Positions 9,744-20,097 are shown, counted from the stretch's first letter. The stretch: DNA of 64,000 nucleotides from Candidatus Sungbacteria bacterium RIFCSPLOWO2_01_FULL_47_32 (GCA_001820685.1 MHQP01000009.1:808-64807); one strand, 5' to 3'. A program made the numbers and translations. Notes: a model not told the origin generated them from the letters alone.

Positions 9744-11681
9744 TTGGATACTCATATGCCAGAAAAAATAAACGAACTTAAAGAAAAACTATACTCACGC
9801 GAAGGTCCGGGAGAACGCAAACCCGCAGACGAATTGCACGAGGTACATCGTTCACGCGAGGAAAAGGCAAAAACGCGGTGGGAAGAAGAGGGCGCGAGCC
9901 TTCCCGGGAAAATTCTTCAGCGGGAAGAAGCGGAAGCCAAACCGAAGCGTTCAAAACTTTTCATCGCGGTCATGGTGGTATCCCTCATTTTGCTTTTGGG
10001 AGCGGGCAGTTTTATTTTTTATAGTCTCTACTACAAAAAGAGCGGAGTTTCGCTTGAACTCATCGGAAAAGATACGGTGGAGGCCGGAGACGCGGAGGTG
10101 TGGGTTGTTATCGTCCGGAACGAAGGAGACATCCCGCTGATAAAAAACGAACTCACATTTGCCTATCCAAAAGGAGCTATTCCTCTCGCGGGGGGGGCGA
10201 CAGATCCGTCCGTTCTTCATCCAAAGATATTGATAGATTCAATACAGCCTCGCGAAGAAAAGAGGTTTGAATTTACCGCGCGCCTTTTCGGAAGTGCCGA
10301 CGAGAAAAAAATAGCCGACGCTGGCCTCATCTATCGTCCCGAAAATGTTTCTTCGCGCCTCACAAAACGGGCAAGCTTTAAAACTTCCATTTCACGGGTT
10401 CCGTTCGCTATCGCATATACTGTTTCCCCGGAAATTGTTGGAGGACAAGCTGTCTCGTTTACAGTCGATATAACGTCAAGCTCCAAAGCAACATTCGAAA
10501 ACATGTATGTGAGGATTGATTATCCAGCCGGGTTCCAGTTTGCGTCTGCGGAAGCGGCTCCGGATATTGAGAAGAACATCTGGAGGCTCGGGAATATTTC
10601 GCCAGGGGAGACGCGGCGTATTACCGTTCACGGAACGCTTGCCGGTACACCTGAAGAATTAAAGCCTATTATTGCAAGTTTCGGAGAATATAACCCCGAT
10701 ACGCGCCAATGGAAAGTCTACCTTGAAGGAAGAGGAGAGACTCGCATTTCTTCTCCTCCTCTTTTTGTCCGCCACGAGGTAAATGGGGGAGCGACACATA
10801 CCGGTAGTTTTGGAGATAATATTCAATTCCGGATATTTTATAAAAATACGCTCGGTGTTCTACTGAAAGATGTTTTTATCCGGACAAAAATAAGCGAGGG
10901 CCTCTTAAACATGCGCCAGCTTCATCCCCAATTCGGATTTTACGACGGGCAGACGCACGAAATAGTCTGGAACGCGGCTTCTAACCCGGAACTCAAAGAA
11001 GTTCTTCCCGGAGTAGAGAAAAGCGTTTTCTTTTCCGTCACAACACTTCCTACTCCGCCCGTGCACCAGCCCTCCGATAAAAATTTTGTTCTTGATGTTC
11101 ACACGCGTATCAACACACGGACCGTTCCAAAAGAATATTCCGGCATCAAAATAGAATACGAAAACACTCTTTCGATCAAAATGAAGTCGCGTCTGACACT
11201 TTCTTCTAAATCGATATTCTATGACTCTCCTTTAGGTCCGAATATTGGGAAACTTCCTCCGCGCTCAAACCAGGAAACTGGCTACACCATCCTTATGCAG
11301 GTCGTAAATACCTCAAGCGACCTTAAAGATGCGAAGGTTATGTTCGCGTTACCTGGCAATGTTCGCTGGACGGGCCAGCTAGCGGGGGACAAGACCGAAC
11401 GGGTAAACTACAATCTTTCATCAGGGGAAGCAAGCTGGAATATTGGTGACCTTCCGGCTGGCACCGGCGTTCTGAAGCCTCCGCTCCTTCTTGCGTTCAA
11501 CGTGGTACTGACACCGGGAGCCGATAGCATCGGACAGACCACGATCCTTATAAAGGATATTGCCATTACGGGAACAGATACATTTGCCGGGACAGATTTA
11601 AAAGCGGCAAATAGCGACATTACAACGAGTCTCCAGCAGGATCCGAAAGCGAAAAATTCCGATTGGGCGGTTGGTGAGTAA
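9744..11681 (+). CDS. Single-pass membrane protein with repeated Ig-like (DUF11-like) beta domains
   Basis: Charged N-terminus and one TM helix, then beta-rich repeats ending W.LG.I..G / WNIGDL. AGGAG SD before TTG. Confidence 0.75.
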   Translation: MDTHMPEKINELKEKLYSREGPGERKPADELHEVHRSREEKAKTRWEEEGASLPGKILQREEAEAKPKRSKLFIAVMVVSLILLLGAGSFIFYSLYYKKSGVSLELIGKDTVEAGDAEVWVVIVRNEGDIPLIKNELTFAYPKGAIPLAGGATDPSVLHPKILIDSIQPREEKRFEFTARLFGSADEKKIADAGLIYRPENVSSRLTKRASFKTSISRVPFAIAYTVSPEIVGGQAVSFTVDITSSSKATFENMYVRIDYPAGFQFASAEAAPDIEKNIWRLGNISPGETRRITVHGTLAGTPEELKPIIASFGEYNPDTRQWKVYLEGRGETRISSPPLFVRHEVNGGATHTGSFGDNIQFRIFYKNTLGVLLKDVFIRTKISEGLLNMRQLHPQFGFYDGQTHEIVWNAASNPELKEVLPGVEKSVFFSVTTLPTPPVHQPSDKNFVLDVHTRINTRTVPKEYSGIKIEYENTLSIKMKSRLTLSSKSIFYDSPLGPNIGKLPPRSNQETGYTILMQVVNTSSDLKDAKVMFALPGNVRWTGQLAGDKTERVNYNLSSGEASWNIGDLPAGTGVLKPPLLLAFNVVLTPGADSIGQTTILIKDIAITGTDTFAGTDLKAANSDITTSLQQDPKAKNSDWAVGE

Positions 11682-11771
11682 AAAAGAGGAAAAACAGTGT
11701 TTTCACGCTGTTTTTCTGTTCTTGCAATTGCCTGCCAAAAGGAATACTATATACGTACATTAGGCGTTTTT

Positions 11772-13121
11772 ATGGAAGAAAAAGCAAAAAAACAGAAAAC
11801 GAATGAGCCTGTGTCTCCTCTTATGGAGCGTCTCGTAAGTCTCGCAAAGCGCCGAGGCTTTATTTATGCAGGCTCCGAAATTTATGGAGGGCTTGGCGGA
11901 ACATGGGACTACGGTCCTCTCGGGGTTGAGCTTAAAAATAATATCAAAAAAGAGTGGTGGAAGAGATTTGTTTCATACAGGCGAGACATGTACGGCATTG
12001 ATTCTTCCATTCTCATGAACTCAAAAGTATGGGAAGCATCGGGGCATCTGAAAAATTTCGTCGACCCGATGGTGGATTGCAAGAAGTGCAAAGGAAGATT
12101 TCGGGCTGATAAAATTGATGTTTCAAGCGGCTGTCCTACGTGCGGAGCAAAAGACTTTACCGAAGCGCGCCCGTTCAATATGATGTTCAAAACGCACGCG
12201 GGGCCGGTTGAAGATTCCGGTGCTGAGGTTTATTTGCGTCCGGAAACCGCGCAGGGCATGTTCGTCAATTTTAAGAACGTCATTGATTCATTCCATCCGA
12301 AGCTCCCGTTCGGCATAGCACAGATAGGGAAAGCATTCAGAAATGAAATTACTCCCGGAAATTTTATTTTTAGGACGCGCGAATTTGAGCAGATGGAAAT
12401 AGAATATTTTATAAAACCTGGCGGATGGGAGAGTCAGTTTGATTATTGGCTCGGCGAAATGAGAAAATGGACGGAGTTTCTCGGAATTGCGAAAGGCGTT
12501 TCGGAGCGGGAGGTTTCTGCCGAAGACCGCGCGCATTACTCGAAGCGCACGATTGATATTGATTTCGAATTTCCGTTCGGGAAAGAAGAACTCTACGGCC
12601 TTGCGTATCGAACCGACTTTGACCTTAAAAACCATATAGAAAAATCCGGCATTGACCTTGTGTACTATAATGAAGAAACAAAAAAAAAGCTCGTACCGCA
12701 CGTTATTGAGCCGACATTCGGGGTAGACAGAACGATGCTCGCGGTTCTTCTCAATTCGTTCGCGGAAGAAGAGGTAAAAGAAGGCGAGATACGCGCGGTT
12801 TTGAAATTTCCCGCGCGTCTTGCTCCCGTAAAAGTCGCGGTTTTCCCGCTTGTCTCAAACAAAGAAAATATCCTTGCCAAGGCCGAAGAAGTGCATGGCA
12901 GGCTGAAAGAATCAATAGACAGCGTACGATGGGACGATATCGGAAACATCGGAAAGAGATATCGAAGACAAGACGAGATAGGAACACCGTGGTGCGTTAC
13001 TGTGGACTATCAAACACTTGAGGACGGAACAGTTACGGTGCGGGATAGGGATACAATGAAGCAAGAGCGAATTGCGGCGGGTGAACTAGCCGGCTATTTT
13101 CACAAGAAGTTAAGTCAATAA
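11772..13121 (+). CDS. glyQS: Glycine--tRNA ligase (homodimeric alpha2 type)
   Basis: SEIYGG..G.WDYGPLG, LRPETAQG, FRNEITP, REFEQME, HVIEP.FGVDR and IGKRYRRQDEIGTP. Confidence 0.96.
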   Translation: MEEKAKKQKTNEPVSPLMERLVSLAKRRGFIYAGSEIYGGLGGTWDYGPLGVELKNNIKKEWWKRFVSYRRDMYGIDSSILMNSKVWEASGHLKNFVDPMVDCKKCKGRFRADKIDVSSGCPTCGAKDFTEARPFNMMFKTHAGPVEDSGAEVYLRPETAQGMFVNFKNVIDSFHPKLPFGIAQIGKAFRNEITPGNFIFRTREFEQMEIEYFIKPGGWESQFDYWLGEMRKWTEFLGIAKGVSEREVSAEDRAHYSKRTIDIDFEFPFGKEELYGLAYRTDFDLKNHIEKSGIDLVYYNEETKKKLVPHVIEPTFGVDRTMLAVLLNSFAEEEVKEGEIRAVLKFPARLAPVKVAVFPLVSNKENILAKAEEVHGRLKESIDSVRWDDIGNIGKRYRRQDEIGTPWCVTVDYQTLEDGTVTVRDRDTMKQERIAAGELAGYFHKKLSQ

Positions 13122-13211
13122 TTTTAAGTACTTTTTCCGCCCAGGGCGGAGTTGCCTCTGACAGAAAGGTTTAAATTAAAATTTAAAATTGAAAAATTAA
13201 AACTTTCAACT

Positions 13212-14480
13212 GTGTTTAAAAAAACTGTACTTCCAAACGGGCTTCGCATCATTACTGCTCCGATGCAGGGAACGAACACCATCACGGTGCTGGTGCTTTG
13301 CGGAACCGGATCAGACTATGAATCAAACGACATTCGCGGCATGTCCCATTTTCTTGAACATATGTTTTTTAAGGGCACAACCAAGCGTCCGAAGCAGGAA
13401 ATGATAACCGAAGAACTTACGTCAATGGGGTCGCTCCACAACGCGTTCACGGGGCACGAGATGACGGGATACTATATCAAGGCCGGGAAAACCTATCTTG
13501 AGCAGTCGTTAGAAATCCTTTCCGATATGTACCAAAATTCAGTTTTTCCCGCGGAGGAAATAGAGCGGGAGAAGCAAGTTATTATTGAGGAGATGCACGA
13601 TGACCATGACACCCCCACTACGTATATCTGGTGGATATGGGAGGAGCTACTTTATGGCGACCAGCCTGCGGGATGGCATATTATGGGCAAAGAAAACATC
13701 ATCCGAGGTTTTAAGCGGGACGACTTTGTGAACTATTTTTATCACCAATATGTTTCTTCCAATACGGCCATAGTCGTTGCTGGGAATTTTGACGAAGCAA
13801 AGACCACCGAGCTTATAAAAAGTCTTTTTGGAAATCTGAGGAGCGAGCTTCCTATTCGCATGAAGCCCTTCGTTAAAGAAGTGCAGACGGCTCCTATATC
13901 AAGCATTGTTGTCAAAAAAACTGATCAAACGCACATAACGCTCGGATTTCGGGGACTTCCGGCAAATCATCCCGACCGGTATGCGGCTGATATTCTCGGA
14001 TTTATTCTTGGAGGGGGAATGTCTTCCCGCATGTTTCAGCGCATACGCGAAAAAATGGGTCTTGCCTACACCGTGCATACCCAGCACGAAAGCTCTTCTA
14101 ACCGCGGCAGTCTCGTTACCTATGCCGGAGTGGATCATACGAATACGGAGCGTGCCATTTCGGCGATGCTTGAAGAGTATAGGCGCATTACAGCCGACCG
14201 TGTGCCTGATGCCGAGTTGAAGCGCGTTAAGGACTATGTGAAGGGAACAACGCTTATTTTTCTCGAGGCCTCAAATGCCGTCGCCGACTTTATCGCAAAT
14301 GAAGAGATTTTAACAGGAAAACCGTTGACAATCGACGAAATTTTTGCTAAAATAGAAAGTGTTACGCCAAAAGACATCATCTTGATAGCTCAAAAGCTCA
14401 TCAGAAACGATACTCTGAATCTTGCTATTCTTGGTCCGCACGAGGACAAGGAAAAGTTTGAACCCCTTTTAAAACTCTAA
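13212..14480 (+). CDS. M16 (pitrilysin/insulinase) family zinc peptidase
   Basis: HFLEH (HxxEH), NAFT and GGGMSSRMFQ.IREK.GLAY. Start set at GTG 13212. Confidence 0.92.
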   Translation: MFKKTVLPNGLRIITAPMQGTNTITVLVLCGTGSDYESNDIRGMSHFLEHMFFKGTTKRPKQEMITEELTSMGSLHNAFTGHEMTGYYIKAGKTYLEQSLEILSDMYQNSVFPAEEIEREKQVIIEEMHDDHDTPTTYIWWIWEELLYGDQPAGWHIMGKENIIRGFKRDDFVNYFYHQYVSSNTAIVVAGNFDEAKTTELIKSLFGNLRSELPIRMKPFVKEVQTAPISSIVVKKTDQTHITLGFRGLPANHPDRYAADILGFILGGGMSSRMFQRIREKMGLAYTVHTQHESSSNRGSLVTYAGVDHTNTERAISAMLEEYRRITADRVPDAELKRVKDYVKGTTLIFLEASNAVADFIANEEILTGKPLTIDEIFAKIESVTPKDIILIAQKLIRNDTLNLAILGPHEDKEKFEPLLKL

Positions 14481-14533
14481 GCAAAAAGGAGCGGCCATTA
14501 AAAAACGCGTCGCTCTTTTCAGAAACAATTTCC

Positions 14534-15601
14534 ATGCCGACAAAACAACCTACTCATCCGATAGATATTTCTTACAAAGTGTTCGTCAAGTTCTTTTTGG
14601 TTGTGGGGACCGCGGTTATCCTCTACATCGTCTCTGACATACTCGTGTCCGTTTTTTTTGCCGTAGTTATCGCATCCGCTATTGAGCCTGCAATTCTTTG
14701 GTTCAAGCGGTATAAGGTTCCACGGGTTCTCGGGGTTATTATCATTTATTTGACGGTACTTTTGATATTTACGGGAATCTTTTTATTGCTTATTCCGATT
14801 CTTGTTGATGAATACCGGTCTTTCGACTCTGCCATTATTGCCACGTATCAGGCGCGTCTTTTCAGCGAGCTCAGGACACTTAATAACGTCCCATTTTTTG
14901 GTTTTTTGTCGGATAACGCCGAGCTCGTTATCGAGAACGGCTATACCCAGATAGGGCAGATAACCGGGAGCGCTGTGGGAGTTGCGTCAGCGATATTTGG
15001 AGGGCTTTTTTCGCTTATTATTCTTGCTGTTGTTTCTTTTTATCTTGCCGCGCAAGAAGAGGGAATAGAAAATTTTTTGAGACTGGTAACACCGCTTGAG
15101 TATGAAACCTACATCATCGATCTATGGACGCGCTCTCAAATAAAAATGGGGCAATGGCTGAGAGCACAGCTTCTGTTGGGCGTTCTTATTGGTGTCATGG
15201 TCTTCATCAGCTTAACGCTCCTCGGGGTGCAATATGCGCTCCTTCTTGCGATTCTCGCGGTTATGTTTGAGATCATACCGATCATCGGCCCGATACTTGC
15301 GGCGGCCCCAGGCGTATTCATGGCATTTCTGCAAACTCCTCTTCTTGGCCTTATTACGGTAATTGTGTATTTCTTCATTCAACAAATAGAATCGCATCTC
15401 ATTGTTCCTGTCGTTATGAAGCGAGCTATAGGGCTAAATCCGCTTGTTGTGATTATTGCTCTTCTTGTCGGTGCCAAGCTCGGAGGGATTCTTGGGCTTT
15501 TGATTGCTGTTCCGCTTGCATCCGCCCTTGTTGAGTTTGTCGTTGATATTGATAAAAAAAAGAGAGGCCTCTTTCAAGAAGCCCACCCGACCGTTGTTTA
15601 G
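14534..15601 (+). CDS. AI-2E family transporter
   Basis: Multi-TM protein with IPIIGP, QQIESHLIVP and LNPLVVIIALLVG...GILG...AVP motifs. Confidence 0.9.
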   Translation: MPTKQPTHPIDISYKVFVKFFLVVGTAVILYIVSDILVSVFFAVVIASAIEPAILWFKRYKVPRVLGVIIIYLTVLLIFTGIFLLLIPILVDEYRSFDSAIIATYQARLFSELRTLNNVPFFGFLSDNAELVIENGYTQIGQITGSAVGVASAIFGGLFSLIILAVVSFYLAAQEEGIENFLRLVTPLEYETYIIDLWTRSQIKMGQWLRAQLLLGVLIGVMVFISLTLLGVQYALLLAILAVMFEIIPIIGPILAAAPGVFMAFLQTPLLGLITVIVYFFIQQIESHLIVPVVMKRAIGLNPLVVIIALLVGAKLGGILGLLIAVPLASALVEFVVDIDKKKRGLFQEAHPTVV

Positions 15602-15619
15602 CTTTAATTTTTTCTTTGG

Positions 15620-16144
15620 CTAGAGCGACGCGAAGAAAAGCGCACACCCAAGGATGAATACTTGGAATATCTTTCCTGCTAAAACAAGTTTCGGACCGAC
15701 ATATTCTTTCCGCAAAATAAGGTTTGAGTGCATAAAGTTATGGAACTTCTTCAGTAGTGTGAAGGGGTTATTTTTTTTCCAAAGCCAAAAAATCGGCTGA
15801 AGCATGTCGGGGAGAATGCCGCCGAGGATGGTAAGCGCGACCGGCAATAGTCCGGCAAACGTCAGTTCCGGACGCAGAAGAATAAATGAGAGAGTTGACC
15901 CGATTGTAATATCAAATGCTACTTTTAAGAGGTCATACCCGATAAGCTTCGGGTCGTTTTTCAGAGTATGATCCCGTTTTTCGCTCGTATCCTCATTCAC
16001 CGAACATAGGTGATAGTCCCAGTGGGGGATAGCATCTGCGGCATAATGCGAAAGAAAAGCGAAAAGAAAAATGAAAAAAGGATGTGCCCTCATAATGGGT
16101 TTTGTAACAGCTGTTGCTATGGCAATGTGGGTGGTGAGGGTCAT
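15620..16144 (-). CDS. Membrane-bound metal-dependent hydrolase-like protein
   Basis: Conserved-looking TH, SH...D.IPH.D, LPD and FH...H residues within TM segments. Confidence 0.65.
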   Translation of the reverse strand: MTLTTHIAIATAVTKPIMRAHPFFIFLFAFLSHYAADAIPHWDYHLCSVNEDTSEKRDHTLKNDPKLIGYDLLKVAFDITIGSTLSFILLRPELTFAGLLPVALTILGGILPDMLQPIFWLWKKNNPFTLLKKFHNFMHSNLILRKEYVGPKLVLAGKIFQVFILGCALFFASL

Positions 16145-16146
16145 AT

Positions 16147-16242
16147 GGAGAGCACTGTGAAAAATTTCTTAACGCCTCTATTATACTATATTTTTTTTGA
16201 CCCCATTGCCAGCCCGATTAAAAAATTTTCCACAGCGCCTCC
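16147..16242 (+). repeat. Dispersed hairpin element, copy 4
   Basis: Arms 16152-16172 / 16218-16238 with three A-C mismatches (G-U on the other strand). 45-nt core CGCC...TTGACCCCATTGCCAGCCCGA. Confidence 0.85.
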
Positions 16243-16281
16243 TTTTAGTATAGAAAAAAGCGCCACCGGGCGCTTTAGTAT

Positions 16282-16887
16282 TTATCGCTCCTCTTCGGGT
16301 AAGTCAAGGAACTCTTTCATCTCGTAAACCGTCGCTCCGCTTTGGATGAAGAGTGTTCCGTTTTCGTCGAGAAATATTGTCTCCTCAACTTCCAGGTCAA
16401 TGGCAACTATCTCTACTCCGCCCGCGTGAAGCTTCTTTAACGCACCGATGACAGCATCACTTTTTGAAATCTCAATAAAAATCTTTTGGCAGCTTATGGG
16501 GGCGAGCCACTCTTTACATGTGACGTACTTCCGGACCTCAACGGCTTTTGCTTCAAGCTGTTTGTGTCGCTTCTTTGCTTCAGCGGATACCTTGATGAGT
16601 TCTTCAATTCTATCAGGTCGGGGTTCGGCGGGGGGTTTTACTTGCTCTAAGTCTCGGGGGTATGCTTGACCGGAGTATGAGCGGTCCCCTGTATGGTTCT
16701 CTCTCCCTTCTCCATCCATAACTATTTGATATCCTTCGCTATTTCGTTCAGTCGTCTGCGCAGGAGCAGGAGCACTCTTAGCGGTTTCCTGTTTTTTCCC
16801 CTCACAGGCGGAAAGCGATAGAATTAAAGCAAAAATGGCAATACCGCCGCAGAGCCTGACAAGAGACTCATTTGTCGCGTGGGTCAC
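16282..16887 (-). CDS. Putative lipoprotein (paralog of 17043-17498)
   Basis: Lipobox LSAC. GTG start at 16887 follows an AAGG SD and its own TTGACC-17-TACATA promoter. Confidence 0.7.
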   Translation of the reverse strand: MTHATNESLVRLCGGIAIFALILSLSACEGKKQETAKSAPAPAQTTERNSEGYQIVMDGEGRENHTGDRSYSGQAYPRDLEQVKPPAEPRPDRIEELIKVSAEAKKRHKQLEAKAVEVRKYVTCKEWLAPISCQKIFIEISKSDAVIGALKKLHAGGVEIVAIDLEVEETIFLDENGTLFIQSGATVYEMKEFLDLPEEER

Positions 16888-17017
16888 GATTTTTTCCTTA
16901 TGGTTGAAAGGTGCATAAGATATGTACCATAAAGATATTTTTAGGTCAAGGTTTTTATAAAGCATGCTTCATGGAAATCGGCAGTTACCGTTACGGCACA
17001 AAATACTAGGTCAAAAC

Positions 17018-17041
17018 AAAAAAGCGTCCGAAGGCGCTTTT
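17018..17041 (-). terminator. Bidirectional intrinsic terminator
   Basis: aaaaaagcgtc-cgaa-ggcgctttt. Confidence 0.7.
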
Positions 17042-17042
17042 G

Positions 17043-17498
17043 TTATTTATACTCCCAATACGGCCAGTAGGGATTGAGTCCGAGGAACTTTCGAATCTCC
17101 GACATATAATAGGCCATATCAGGGCTGATGGAGACTGAACCCCTTTCAACCAATATTCCGTCTCCTCTATAGCCGCTTATTCCTATCACGATACCTCTGT
17201 CGCGCAAAGTCCAAATGACTTTAAGCACGTCAGGATGCCACATGAGTTTTTCAAGAAGCGGTCTGCAGTAGGTGTTTTTTTCTCTTTCAATCATCCAGCA
17301 AATGGTTCCAGTCTGCTTTTCAAGAGTCTTAACAATCTCCTCATTCCTTTTTTCTTCCGCTGCCTGTTCACTTGCGGATTTGATAATTTTATCAATTGTA
17401 TCCGCCGGTTCAGCGGCAAGAGCAATACCTCTGTCGGGGAGCAAAGAAAGAGCGAAAATTCCGGAAACTATAACAAAGAACGTTAGTGTTTCCTTCAT
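17043..17498 (-). CDS. Secreted hypothetical protein with two Cys
   Basis: Signal peptide ending ALA, GGAG SD and its own promoter. Confidence 0.7.
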   Translation of the reverse strand: MKETLTFFVIVSGIFALSLLPDRGIALAAEPADTIDKIIKSASEQAAEEKRNEEIVKTLEKQTGTICWMIEREKNTYCRPLLEKLMWHPDVLKVIWTLRDRGIVIGISGYRGDGILVERGSVSISPDMAYYMSEIRKFLGLNPYWPYWEYK

Positions 17499-17561
17499 CT
17501 CGGTTCTCCGATATTGGCGGGTTGAAAGATGTCAAAAAAAGGGTATCATAAAGCCATTGCC

Positions 17562-19046
17562 ATGTCAATTCACGCCAAGGAAAAATTCTATATTACGACC
17601 GCCATTGATTATGCCAATGCGAAGCCCCATATCGGCCATGCTTTGGAAAAGATTCAGGCGGATGTATTTGCTCGCTACTACCGCATTAAAAGGGAGGAAG
17701 TTTTCTTTTTGACGGGTTCTGACGAGCACGGCGTTAAAATTGTTCGTGCGGCAGAAGCGGCAGGGAAAGATCAGAAGGCCTTTGTCGACGGGAACACCGA
17801 AGCCTTTAAAAATTTGAAAAATATCCTGAACTTGTCATGGGATAGATTTATTCGAACAAGCGACGTTAATCAACACTGGCCCGGAGCTCAAAAGCTGTGG
17901 ACGAAAATTTTTGAAGCGGGGGACTTATATAAAAAGAAATACCGGGGACTTTACTGTATTGGCCACGAAGCGTTTGTAACGGAAAAAGACCTTGAAGGAG
18001 GTATTTGCCGCGACCATAAAAAAGCCCCCGAGGCTGTCGAGGAGGAAAATTGGTTTTTCAGGCTTTCGAAGTATTCGAAAGAAATTGAATTAAAAATTAA
18101 GAATGACGAGTTACGAATAATTCCGAATTCACGAAAAAATGAAATTCTGGCCCTGTGCGAGCAAGGCTTAGACGACGTGAGTTTTTCGCGTCCGCGAAAA
18201 GACCTCTCGTGGGGCATTCCCGTCCCGAATGACCCGGAGCATACGATGTATGTCTGGTGCGACGCGCTTGCGAATTACATCACGGCCGTCGGGTACGAAA
18301 ATGAAACTCCGGAGTTCAAAAAGTGGTGGCCGGCGGATATGCATGTTATAGGAAAAGATATTTTAAGGTTCCATGCCGCAATTTGGCCGGGGATGCTGCT
18401 CTCTGCCGGACTGCCTCTTCCCAAGTCCGTTTTTGTCCACGGATTCATCACGGTAGAAAGAGAAAAAATGTCGAAAACAGTCGGGAACATTATCGGTGCC
18501 GAGGAGCTTATACAAAAATACGGAACAGACCCCGTGAGGTATTATTTGCTCCGCGAAATTCCGTCATACGAAGACGGCGATTTCAGCTATAAAAAATTCG
18601 AGGAGCGATACAACGGCGACCTTGCAAACGGCATCGGCAATCTTGTTTCCAGGGTTGCAACAATAGGGCAAAAACTTGGGAACATTCCTTTTAATTTCGC
18701 AGAGGACATTGTTCCGGGGACGAAAGAAAAAAATAGCTCCGTATTTGCTCTCTATGACGAAAAAGTTGCCGCGGGACGCCTGAATGAAGCGCTTGGGGTA
18801 GTTTGGGAGCTTGTCGGGTTTGCGGATCGTTATATAAATGAGCAAAAACCTTGGGCAATAAAAGATGAAGCAATATTAAAAACTGTCATTATAAACGCTT
18901 CGTGGTGCATCGGCTCCATCGGGAATCTTCTTGCGCCGTTTCTTCCTGAAACGTCGGAGCGTATTTTGTCGCAAATAAAATTTTCAAAGGATGCGCTTGA
19001 AATAAAAAAAGAGGGAACACTATTCCCCAGATTGAAAACAGACTAG
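17562..19046 (+). CDS. metG: Methionine--tRNA ligase (short form)
   Basis: YITTAIDYAN.KPHIGH, GSDEHG, YVWCDAL, GKDILRFH and KMSKT. Confidence 0.97.
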   Translation: MSIHAKEKFYITTAIDYANAKPHIGHALEKIQADVFARYYRIKREEVFFLTGSDEHGVKIVRAAEAAGKDQKAFVDGNTEAFKNLKNILNLSWDRFIRTSDVNQHWPGAQKLWTKIFEAGDLYKKKYRGLYCIGHEAFVTEKDLEGGICRDHKKAPEAVEEENWFFRLSKYSKEIELKIKNDELRIIPNSRKNEILALCEQGLDDVSFSRPRKDLSWGIPVPNDPEHTMYVWCDALANYITAVGYENETPEFKKWWPADMHVIGKDILRFHAAIWPGMLLSAGLPLPKSVFVHGFITVEREKMSKTVGNIIGAEELIQKYGTDPVRYYLLREIPSYEDGDFSYKKFEERYNGDLANGIGNLVSRVATIGQKLGNIPFNFAEDIVPGTKEKNSSVFALYDEKVAAGRLNEALGVVWELVGFADRYINEQKPWAIKDEAILKTVIINASWCIGSIGNLLAPFLPETSERILSQIKFSKDALEIKKEGTLFPRLKTD

Positions 19047-19066
19047 CTTCATTATTTTAGGAATTT

Positions 19067-19092
19067 AAAAAAGAGGGCGTAGCCCTCTTTTT
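19067..19092. terminator. Bidirectional terminator between convergent genes
   Basis: aaaaaagagggc-gta-gccctcttttt. Confidence 0.8.
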
Positions 19093-19093
19093 G

Positions 19094-19501
19094 CTATCTT
19101 TTTCTTACGCAGTCGCTTTGCCCGGCATTTTTTCGGAAATAGAGCGAAGAAACATCGGCGTAATATCCTGGCGCTGTTTTTAAAATATTCCGAAGCCATT
19201 CTGCGGAACTTACTTCTTTAATATCGGAAGAATCCGGCTTTTGCACAAAAAAGTAAAATGGCTTTTTTTCGTCATCGGTAATAAGGATATAGTAGGTAGT
19301 GCTATCCGCCGTTTTGATAACCTCAACAGCATAGTCCACGCCTTTGTAGAACGTCATTGATGTTTTTCCGGCATCACAGGCATACTCCGCTGCGAGCCAT
19401 GTCTCCTCTTTATAGTTGGGGAATTGCCGGGAAGCTGAAGCTCCGTCGGTAACGAGCGGAAGAAACAGGAAAAAAGAAAAAAACAAGACTATATGTTTCA
19501 T
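19094..19501 (-). CDS. Secreted hypothetical protein (CDAGKTS family)
   Basis: Signal peptide; clear similarity to the neighbouring ORF 19606-19977. Confidence 0.75.
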   Translation of the reverse strand: MKHIVLFFSFFLFLPLVTDGASASRQFPNYKEETWLAAEYACDAGKTSMTFYKGVDYAVEVIKTADSTTYYILITDDEKKPFYFFVQKPDSSDIKEVSSAEWLRNILKTAPGYYADVSSLYFRKNAGQSDCVRKR

Positions 19502-19605
19502 CGGTTTTCACGCGGGCAAGACGATAAAGGTGCTTACAGCATAGTAAGTTTTGCCGGAGATATTGTCAAAGATGAATAAAAAAATAGGGGGAACCCCCCT
19601 CTGTG

Positions 19606-19977
19606 CTATTGGGACATTTTGCAGTCGTGTTTGTTGCTGTTAAGACTTGCACGGAAATTCGGAGCGTCCTCTTTGAGAGCTTTTTTTACTGCTTCAGAGG
19701 ACATGCTCTGGACCTCTGCCGACCCGGTTTTCTTCATGAAAAACGTTTCTTCGGAGTTCGTGCCCACGTCGTAGTATATGGTGCCGTTTCCAACGGTAAC
19801 AACTACAATGTCGTACTTTGATGATTTATAAAATTGAACAGAGGTTTTGCCTGCGTCGCAAACTACAGTGCCCACAAGCCTCGCTTCCTTTTCATAGTCC
19901 GGAAGCTTTGGCGTGGCGGCGAACACGAACGCCGGAATTGCAAGAACAAGAATTGAAAGAGTAAGGATGCGCTTCAT
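19606..19977 (-). CDS. Secreted hypothetical protein (CDAGKTS family)
   Basis: Signal peptide MKRILTLSILVLAIPAFVFA; GAGGA SD before ATG 19977. Confidence 0.75.
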   Translation of the reverse strand: MKRILTLSILVLAIPAFVFAATPKLPDYEKEARLVGTVVCDAGKTSVQFYKSSKYDIVVVTVGNGTIYYDVGTNSEETFFMKKTGSAEVQSMSSEAVKKALKEDAPNFRASLNSNKHDCKMSQ

Positions 19978-20097
19978 TGTGTCCTCTGTGGTGGGGGCGA
20001 AGTCCGTATCGGTTTTGCCGACAGGCACATCATATTAGAATAAAAATGTTCCGTCAAGTGTTCGCTTTTGAAAAACAAAAAAGCGGAAATTTTCCGC

